Origin: Oscillospiraceae bacterium
Lineage (GTDB): Bacteria; Bacillota; Clostridia; Oscillospirales; CAG-272
Length of the DNA: 64,000 nucleotides
Direction of reading: 5' to 3'
Assembly: GCA_015065105.1 (NCBI GenBank)
Contig: SVQZ01000002.1
Location: 78,811 to 142,810, forward strand
Part shown: in pieces, positions 57,510 through 64,000 of the stretch
Layout of the letters: every line of letters starts with the position of its first letter
How positions within the stretch are numbered: position 1 is the stretch's first letter
Program-made: the position numbers and the translations under genes
Notes under the pieces: generated by a model
Databases searched by the model: none
Seen by the model: the letters and a program-made list of their open reading frames with translations, nothing else
Told to the model about the DNA's origin: nothing

Positions 57510-58565
57510 ATGAAAGGCTTTGCAATGAAAAAGATAGGTGAGGTTGGATGGATAGAAAAGGACAAGCCGAAATGCGGTCCGCTTGATGCCTTGGTAACAC
57601 CTATTGCCATATCCCCCTGTTCCTCGGACGTGCATACGGTATGGAAGGGAGCATTGGGCGAAAGAAGGGATATGATACTCGGACACGAGGCTGTGGGAGT
57701 GGTTGCCGAGGTCGGAGAATTGGTGAGGGATTTTCACGTTGGTGATAAGGTAGTGGTTCCTGCAATTACTCCCGATTGGAATTCGATCGAAGCTCAGGGC
57801 GGATATTCGATGCATTCGGGCGGTATGCTCTCGGGTTGGAAATTTTCAAATTTTAAGGACGGGGTTTTTGCCGAATATTTTCACGTGAACGATGCCGACG
57901 GTAATATGGCACATCTGCCCGAGGGGGTTTCGCCCGAGGCGGCGGTAATGCTGTGTGATATGATACCTACGGGTTTTCACGGGGCAGAGCTTGCCGAAGT
58001 TGAATACGGGGATACGGTATGTGTCATCGGTATAGGACCTGTAGGGCTGATGTCGGTTGCCGGAGCCTGTCTTAGGGGTGCCTCCCGCGTTATCGCGGTG
58101 GGCTCGCGTCCGGATTGTATTAAGGTTGCGAAGGAATACGGAGCGACCGATATTGTAAATTACCGTAATGGCTCTATTCTTGAACAGGTGATGCATTTAA
58201 CGGATAATAAGGGTGTTGAGCGCGTGATAGTTGCGGGCGGAGATAACGATACCTTTATTGATGCGGTAAGAATGTTAAAGCCGGGCGGTAAAATAGGAAA
58301 CGTAAATTATCTCGGTGAGGGGGATTACGTTAAGATCCCACGGCTTGATTGGGGTAACGGTATGGGTCATAAATCTATTTCGGGCGGACTTATGCCGGGC
58401 GGACGGCGCCGTGTTGAAAAATTAGCGTCTCTTATCAAATACGGTAAGCTCGATCCTACAAAGCTTTTGACACACCATTTCGAGGGCTTTGAAAATGTTG
58501 AAAAGGCATTGCTTTTGATGAAGGATAAGCCGAAAGACATTATTAAACCCGTTGTTGTGATATAA
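57510..58565 (+). CDS. adh: NADP-dependent secondary-alcohol (isopropanol) dehydrogenase, zinc MDR family
   Basis: Near-collinear resemblance to the Thermoanaerobacter/C. beijerinckii secondary ADH as I recall it: 'MKGFAM..IG.VGWIEK', 'GHEAVG', 'GIGPVGLM', 'KDKPKD.IKPVV'. Confidence 0.9.
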   Translation: MKGFAMKKIGEVGWIEKDKPKCGPLDALVTPIAISPCSSDVHTVWKGALGERRDMILGHEAVGVVAEVGELVRDFHVGDKVVVPAITPDWNSIEAQGGYSMHSGGMLSGWKFSNFKDGVFAEYFHVNDADGNMAHLPEGVSPEAAVMLCDMIPTGFHGAELAEVEYGDTVCVIGIGPVGLMSVAGACLRGASRVIAVGSRPDCIKVAKEYGATDIVNYRNGSILEQVMHLTDNKGVERVIVAGGDNDTFIDAVRMLKPGGKIGNVNYLGEGDYVKIPRLDWGNGMGHKSISGGLMPGGRRRVEKLASLIKYGKLDPTKLLTHHFEGFENVEKALLLMKDKPKDIIKPVVVI

Positions 58566-58580
58566 ATTTTAAAAGACTAC

Positions 58581-59423
58581 TTAGCTGTCTAAGTAGTCTT
58601 TTAATGCTTTCATATTAACAAGTGCGGCTTTTCTGCCCAGCTTATATCCCAATTTCATTTTTTCCTTGTTCTTTTCGGTCCTGCCTATAGCTAAAGGTAC
58701 CTCGGGGGCAATGACGAATACCTTGCCCTCCTTTTCAAGACTGCATATAAGATCAAGAGCCTCGTTATACCTTTCGTGACGGTGCTTTAAAGCCTCGAAA
58801 AGCTCGGGATATCTGGCATATTTAAGTCTCATTGCCGTAAGCATACTTTCGGGCTTTTTACGGTAATTACGGTCACGGGTCAGCACCACAACGTTTTTGT
58901 CACAGCCTAAGCTCATAGAAAATTCTATCGGAACCGAATCGGTAATACCGCCGTCAAGATACGGCTTTTTATTGATATAAACGAACTTTGAAACAAGGGG
59001 CAGGGAGCTCGATGCCCTTATCCATTCAACGTCCTTGAAAAGATCCCTTATCCTCGGATAACACGCCTTCCCGCTTGTACAGTCTGTAACGCTTACATAA
59101 AAATCGGTCTTGCTTCTTTTAAATTCCTCGTTGTCCACAGGGTATAGCTTTTCGGGAATGTCGTGAAAAACGAACTGCTCACCGAAAAGATTACCTGTTT
59201 TAACAAGACTTTTTAAGCTGCAGTATTCGGGATCGTCGAGATAATCGGTACATACCGAAAAGGCTCTGCCCTTTTGCTTTGCGAGATAACTGCAGGCATG
59301 ACAGGCTCCGGCAGATACTCCCGTTACCTTGTCAAACTCTATTCCTTTTTCCAAAAATACGTCTATTACACCGGCGGTGAAAACTCCGCGGAGTCCTCCG
59401 CCCTCAAGAACAAGACCTTTCAT
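58581..59423 (-). CDS. Patatin-like phospholipase
   Basis: 'LEGGGLRGVF' oxyanion motif, 'GVSAGA' (GxSxG), 'DGG' Asp motif. Confidence 0.85.
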   Translation of the reverse strand: MKGLVLEGGGLRGVFTAGVIDVFLEKGIEFDKVTGVSAGACHACSYLAKQKGRAFSVCTDYLDDPEYCSLKSLVKTGNLFGEQFVFHDIPEKLYPVDNEEFKRSKTDFYVSVTDCTSGKACYPRIRDLFKDVEWIRASSSLPLVSKFVYINKKPYLDGGITDSVPIEFSMSLGCDKNVVVLTRDRNYRKKPESMLTAMRLKYARYPELFEALKHRHERYNEALDLICSLEKEGKVFVIAPEVPLAIGRTEKNKEKMKLGYKLGRKAALVNMKALKDYLDS

Positions 59424-59890
59424 CAGTTATCTCTTACCTTCTTTAAAAGTGCTTTGCAGCCTTCGGTGATATCCTTGTAAACTCCCGAAAAATCTCCTGA
59501 ATACCATGGGTCTTCGACGTCTCTTTCATTCTCTGTGAAAGAAAGAAGCTTTACTACCTTATTTTCGGGATCACCGTTTAAAATACGTTTTGCATTTCTT
59601 AAATTCGCCGAGTCCATTACGGCAAAGATATCGTATTTGTTATAATCCGAGAGCTTTAATTGTATCGCACTCTTACCTTCACAGCTTATACCGTGGGCGG
59701 CAAGTTCGCGCTTTGCGGGAGGATAAACCGGATTACCCCTGCCGCCGTATATCTCCTCGGTGCTTGTGGCGGAGGAGGCTATTACAAAAAGCTCCTTATC
59801 ATAGGAATCCTTTATCATGTCTTTGAGTATAAATTCCGCCATCGGACTTCTGCATATGTTTCCGTGGCAAACGAACATTATTCTGTACAT
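59423..59890 (-). CDS. Low-molecular-weight protein-tyrosine phosphatase
   Basis: 'VCHGNICRSPMAE' (C-x5-R-S) and 'DPWY' Asp loop. Confidence 0.9.
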   Translation of the reverse strand: MYRIMFVCHGNICRSPMAEFILKDMIKDSYDKELFVIASSATSTEEIYGGRGNPVYPPAKRELAAHGISCEGKSAIQLKLSDYNKYDIFAVMDSANLRNAKRILNGDPENKVVKLLSFTENERDVEDPWYSGDFSGVYKDITEGCKALLKKVRDN

Positions 59891-60495
59891 AAAACCTTAC
59901 TTCTGATCTCCTTCGCTATTTCCTCGGGAGATCTTGACGCATCAATGATCAAAATGTTTTCCTCGTCCTTAAGCTTTTCAAAAAGCATATAGAAATTGTC
60001 TCTTATCCTTTTTTGCTGTTCAAGCTGCTCAAAGATCTCGGTCTCGCCTCTGTTTTTCACTCTTTCCATCGATATTTCGCAGGGAAGATCGAGAAAGATA
60101 TGAAGATCCGGTCTTGCAAGCTCACGCGCCTTGCGGTTTACCTCGATCACCCAGTCTATATCACAGTTGAGCCCTTGATATGCATAGGAGGAAAGATAGT
60201 ATCTGTCGCAAAGCACGGTATTCCCTTTGCTTAAAAGATCGAGTATTCCGCCTTCTGCGGTGATATGGTCAAGGCGGTCCGCCGCAAAAAGAGGCGCTAT
60301 GGCTCTGTGGTCTGTTATACGCTCACCCTTGAGATAACTGCGCAAGAGCTTTCCTATATCTGCGTCGGTGGGCTCTTTGGTGAGAGCGACCCTTATGCCT
60401 GCCTCCTCGAGGGCGTTGGCTAAAAGAGCTATCTGCGTGCTTTTTCCGCTTCCGTCAGTGCCTTCGAAGGCTATAAAGGCATTTTTCTTTATCAC
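59878..60495 (-). CDS. tmk: dTMP kinase
   Basis: 'FIAFEGTDGSGKSTQ', 'DRYYLSSYAYQ'. Confidence 0.9.
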   Translation of the reverse strand: MIKKNAFIAFEGTDGSGKSTQIALLANALEEAGIRVALTKEPTDADIGKLLRSYLKGERITDHRAIAPLFAADRLDHITAEGGILDLLSKGNTVLCDRYYLSSYAYQGLNCDIDWVIEVNRKARELARPDLHIFLDLPCEISMERVKNRGETEIFEQLEQQKRIRDNFYMLFEKLKDEENILIIDASRSPEEIAKEIRSKVLCTE

Positions 60496-60565
60496 GGTTT
60501 TTGTCTCCTTGATATGTAATGATTATTACTATGGGGTGTCGCCGCGGCAACACCCCGTATGATAA

Positions 60566-60781
60566 TTAAAACTCTAATTCTTCCTGATCGTCATCAGAAA
60601 GGAAGATATCATCAAACTCGTCGGCATCGAAATCGTCGTCTGCGAAATCGAATGAGTCTGTCTTTGCCTTGCGAAGCTTTTTATTATACTTCTTGTAGAT
60701 AACTGTTGCGGCAAGAGCGATAGCTGCAATTGCGCCCAAAACCACGATAACTGTTACAAGGGTGTTGTTCTTCTTTTTCAT
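60566..60781 (-). CDS. Small single-pass membrane protein with a strongly acidic C-terminal tail
   Basis: 71 aa: one TM helix, a Lys-rich linker, then 'DFADDDFDADEFDDIFLSDDDQEELEF'. GGAGAG RBS. Confidence 0.5.
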   Translation of the reverse strand: MKKKNNTLVTVIVVLGAIAAIALAATVIYKKYNKKLRKAKTDSFDFADDDFDADEFDDIFLSDDDQEELEF

Positions 60782-60952
60782 AACTTTTCTCTCCCTTTTC
60801 GTTTCTTTTGGGAAAAACCTTCCCTTATAAATTGATTATATCACATTATTTATGATATGTAAATATTTTTTTAAGTATATTTTTGAAAATTTTATATATT
60901 ATATTCTTATAAAAAGTTGCATTTTTTATTCAGTTGTGTTATACTGATATTT

Positions 60953-61996
60953 ATGAAAAAAGAAATTCTTTCCATGACTATTGAAGAGCTTGAAGAAATG
61001 CTTGTGTCAATAGGTGAAAAAAAGTATAAGGCCAAACAGATATTTGCATGGCTTCATAAGGGTGCTTGCTTTGAAGAGATGAGCGACCTTTCAAAAAAAA
61101 CAAGAGAAAAGCTCGATGAGCTTACCGTTCTTAATTATCCGAAAATAGAGCAGAAGCTTGTTTCTGCTATCGACGGTACGGTAAAGTATCTTTTCGCCAT
61201 GTATGACGGTCAGCTGATTGAAAGCGTTGTTATGCGCTATAAGCACGGTAACAGTATCTGTATTTCAAGTCAGGCAGGATGCCGTATGGGCTGTAAGTTC
61301 TGCGCCTCTACCTTGGGAGGCCGAGCAAGAGATTTAAGTGCGGGTGAAATTCTTTCCCAGGTCATCACGGCGCAGAAGGATCTCGGAGAGCGAATCGACA
61401 ATATTGTTATGATGGGTATAGGCGAGCCCCTTGACAATTACGATAACGTTATACGTTTTCTTACTCTTGTGGGGGCAAAGGGCGGACTTAATATCGGTTA
61501 CCGCCATATATCCCTTTCCACCTGCGGTCTTGTTGATAAAATAGACCGTCTGGCAGAAGAAAACTATCCCATAACCCTTTCCATATCCCTTCACGCGTCA
61601 AGCGATGAGGAGAGAAGCGAGATAATGCCGATAAATAACAAGTGGGGCGTTGACGAGCTTCTTATGGCGTGCAGAAGATATTTTGACAAAACGGGCAGAC
61701 GAATATCCTTTGAATATACCCTTATTCAGGGTAAAAACGATTCGCCCTTTCATGCGAAAAAATTAGCAAAGCTTCTTTTGAAATATTTTGACAAAGCTCC
61801 CTTCCACGTAAACCTTATTCCTGTAAACGAAGTAAAGGAAAGAGGCTTTAAGCAGGGAAGCGAAAAGAGCATACAGACCTTTGTATCCATACTTGAGCAA
61901 AACGGTGTAAATGCCACAAGGCGGCGCCGTTTGGGCTCTGATATAAACGCATCCTGCGGACAGCTTCGTGCAGGTGCAGGGAGCGCAAAGAATTGA
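60953..61996 (+). CDS. rlmN: 23S rRNA/tRNA (adenine-C2)-methyltransferase RlmN (radical SAM)
   Basis: 'YKAKQIFAWLHK', 'SSQAGCRMGCKFCAS', 'SCGQL'. The ATG at 60953 lies 7 nt after a TATACT -10 box. Confidence 0.9.
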   Translation: MKKEILSMTIEELEEMLVSIGEKKYKAKQIFAWLHKGACFEEMSDLSKKTREKLDELTVLNYPKIEQKLVSAIDGTVKYLFAMYDGQLIESVVMRYKHGNSICISSQAGCRMGCKFCASTLGGRARDLSAGEILSQVITAQKDLGERIDNIVMMGIGEPLDNYDNVIRFLTLVGAKGGLNIGYRHISLSTCGLVDKIDRLAEENYPITLSISLHASSDEERSEIMPINNKWGVDELLMACRRYFDKTGRRISFEYTLIQGKNDSPFHAKKLAKLLLKYFDKAPFHVNLIPVNEVKERGFKQGSEKSIQTFVSILEQNGVNATRRRRLGSDINASCGQLRAGAGSAKN

Positions 61997-62028
61997 TCTT
62001 ATTGAATAATTGTAACGGAGGTGATACA

Positions 62029-62823
62029 GTGTATTTCTACGGCAAAACGGATATAGGAAAAATGAGATCTACAAACCAGGATAATTTTCTGACCATGAGA
62101 CTCTGCGACAACGTTGTGGTATTCGTGCTTTGCGACGGTATGGGCGGTACCAACGGCGGTAATATTGCGTCAAGTCTTGCCATAAGGTCCTTTGCCGAAT
62201 ATATCGAGCAGTCGCTTTCTGAACATATAGACGTCAATACCGACCTTTGTAATACAGAGGGCTTGAGCTTCACCTCTATTTTAGCTGACGCTGTATCTGC
62301 GGCAAACAAGGCTGTATATTCAAGAGCTCATGAAAGCTCTGAGCTTGCCAACATGGGAACCACCCTTGTGGCGGCGATAGCCGTTGAGGATAAGCTTTAC
62401 GTTGCAAACGTTGGAGACAGCAGACTGTATTGTCTTGAGGGTGAGGAGCTCACACAGCTGACCCATGACCATTCCTACGTGCAGATGCTTGTTGATATGG
62501 GGCATATCACAAAGGAAGAGGCGGCAAATAATCCGAGAAAGAATATACTTACAAGAGCTGTCGGTACTGAGCCTGCGGTTGAAAGCGACGTGATGGAGCA
62601 TATTCTTCCGTCCTGCGGTTCGTATATATTCCTTTGCTCTGACGGCTTGTACAATTTTATTTCGGATGACGAGCTTCTCGAAATTATGTACACCGACAGC
62701 GGAGATTATGACGACGAAGATTACGAAGCGGAGCTTGCGTACAAAACCGAAAAGCTTGTTGACGTTGCAAACGCAAACGGCGGTGCAGACAATATAACGA
62801 TCATTTTAATCAAGATCCTTTAA
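62029..62823 (+). CDS. stp: PP2C-family Ser/Thr protein phosphatase (Stp)
   Basis: 'GKTDIGKMRSTNQDNF', 'LCDGMGG', 'ANVGDSRLY', 'GGADNITIIL'. The GTG at 62029 is preceded by GGAGGTG. Confidence 0.85.
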   Translation: MYFYGKTDIGKMRSTNQDNFLTMRLCDNVVVFVLCDGMGGTNGGNIASSLAIRSFAEYIEQSLSEHIDVNTDLCNTEGLSFTSILADAVSAANKAVYSRAHESSELANMGTTLVAAIAVEDKLYVANVGDSRLYCLEGEELTQLTHDHSYVQMLVDMGHITKEEAANNPRKNILTRAVGTEPAVESDVMEHILPSCGSYIFLCSDGLYNFISDDELLEIMYTDSGDYDDEDYEAELAYKTEKLVDVANANGGADNITIILIKIL

Positions 62824-62839
62824 TTACAGGGAGAGAAAA

Positions 62840-64000
62840 ATGAATTCATTTGAAAAATATGTGGGTCAGGTTTTTGACAACAGATATAAAATAACAAAAA
62901 TACTCGGTATAGGCGGTATGGCGGTAGTGTTTGAGGCCTTCGACACAAAACTCAACCGTATAGTTGCTCTTAAGATGCTTAAGGATGAGATATCCAACGA
63001 TTCTCAGTCTGTAAAGCGTTTTATAAATGAGTCCAAGGCCGTTTCCATGCTTTCACATCCCAATATTGTAAGCATATATGACGTTTCGGTTAAGGATAAT
63101 CTTAAGTATATAGTTATGGAAAGAGTTGACGGTATAACTCTTAAGAGCTATATGTCCCAGAAGGGTGCTTTGAGTGCCGCTGAATCGATAAACTATATTG
63201 AGCAGATATTGCGTGCTCTTGAGCACGCTCATTCAAAGGGCATAATCCACAGAGATATAAAGCCCCAGAATATAATGCTTCTTAAAAACGGAAGAATAAA
63301 GGTTACCGATTTCGGTATCGCGAAGCTTCCCAATGCCGAAACGGTTACAATGACCGACAAAGCGATAGGTACAGTTTATTATATCAGCCCCGAGCAGGCA
63401 AGCGGCAAGGAGATAGACCAGCGAAGCGATCTTTATTCTCTTGGTGTTATGATGTATGAGATGCTTACAGGACAGCTCCCCTTTGATGCGGAAAGCCCCG
63501 TTTCGGTTGCATTGATGCAGGTAAATAACAGACCCAAGCCTCCCCATGAGATAAAGGAGGATATTCCGAAGGGCCTGGAGCAGATAATCATGCTTGCCAT
63601 GGAAAAGCAGAGAGAACGCCGTTTCCAGAATGCATCCCAGATGCTTCGTCACGTTCTTCAGCTTAAAGCGGCTCCCGATTACGTATTTAAGACCAAGCGC
63701 ACAGAAACAAAAAAAGATGATAAGGATATGAAGAAAAAGGTTGTAAATAAAAAGGAAAAGCCCTCCAAGGAAAAGAGTAAAAATACAGATTCGTTGAGTA
63801 TGTTTCCTATTATCATGGGTGTATGTCTTGCATTTTTCGTTGTGGTTGCGGGATGCGGAGTTTTCCTTATGAACGAATTTGTTCCCGAGCTGTTACCCCA
63901 ATTCCTGCAGTTCAAAGATATTGATGCGGAAAAGGAATACAGCACCGTTAAAGTTCCTAATCTTGAAGGGAATATTCTTACCGACGAATACCTTGCACAG
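62840..64000 (+). CDS. pknB: Ser/Thr protein kinase (PknB/PrkC type), 3' end beyond the window
   Basis: Not in the ORF track because no stop is reached. The ATG at 62840 gives 'ILGIGGMAVVFEA' (G-loop), 'HRDIKPQNIML', 'DFGIA' and 'SPEQA', then a TM segment. The frame is open to base 64000. Confidence 0.9.
   Translation, partial: MNSFEKYVGQVFDNRYKITKILGIGGMAVVFEAFDTKLNRIVALKMLKDEISNDSQSVKRFINESKAVSMLSHPNIVSIYDVSVKDNLKYIVMERVDGITLKSYMSQKGALSAAESINYIEQILRALEHAHSKGIIHRDIKPQNIMLLKNGRIKVTDFGIAKLPNAETVTMTDKAIGTVYYISPEQASGKEIDQRSDLYSLGVMMYEMLTGQLPFDAESPVSVALMQVNNRPKPPHEIKEDIPKGLEQIIMLAMEKQRERRFQNASQMLRHVLQLKAAPDYVFKTKRTETKKDDKDMKKKVVNKKEKPSKEKSKNTDSLSMFPIIMGVCLAFFVVVAGCGVFLMNEFVPELLPQFLQFKDIDAEKEYSTVKVPNLEGNILTDEYLAQ

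Overview
This is a chromosomal window from a low-to-moderate-GC Firmicute. SLH-domain wall proteins, the Prp/L27 style and the CIRCE-groESL arrangement suggest Clostridia; any finer taxon would be a guess. Conserved housekeeping blocks occupy 1-13.4 kb (kinase, ECF S component, mntR-like, capA, tgt, mutL, mutS, miaB, apbE, tRNA-Leu), 33.9-40.3 kb (KH protein, rpsP, ffh, ylxM, groESL with CIRCE, an alanine symporter) and 49-64 kb (class IV aminotransferase, tRNA-Ser, SLH protein, glycyl-radical enzyme, adh, tmk, rlmN-stp-pknB). Between tRNA-Leu and the rpsP operon lies a ~20-kb accessory region (13.4-33.9 kb) with two parts. (i) A complete type III-B cmr1-cas10-cmr3-cmr4-cmr5-cmr6 operon. Its Cas10 is short and apparently HD-less but keeps GGDD, and a DEDDh exonuclease gene follows cmr6. 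Beside it are two divergently transcribed CRISPR arrays with inverted duplicated 92-nt leaders that flank a truncated cas1 and an intact cas2, then cas6 and a metallophosphoesterase. No recognisable CARF, SAVED or CorA effector is present. (ii) A 9.4-kb head-morphogenesis-only phage module (terS, terL, portal, Prp-like protease, scaffold, major capsid and unknowns) with no integrase, tail, lysis or regulatory genes. The most unusual directly visible signal is a 274-bp structured non-coding element bounded by terminal inverted repeats. It is present twice in inverted orientation (40371-40644 and 48789-49062; I found 1 mismatch). Each copy is flanked by a direct duplication of a complete 26-27-bp terminator hairpin. 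The pair brackets an 8.1-kb gene block. One terminus of the element shares a >=11-nt motif (GACCGACTTTT) with the CRISPR leaders and the cas2-array spacer region. All functional calls come from motif recognition by eye; no searches were run.
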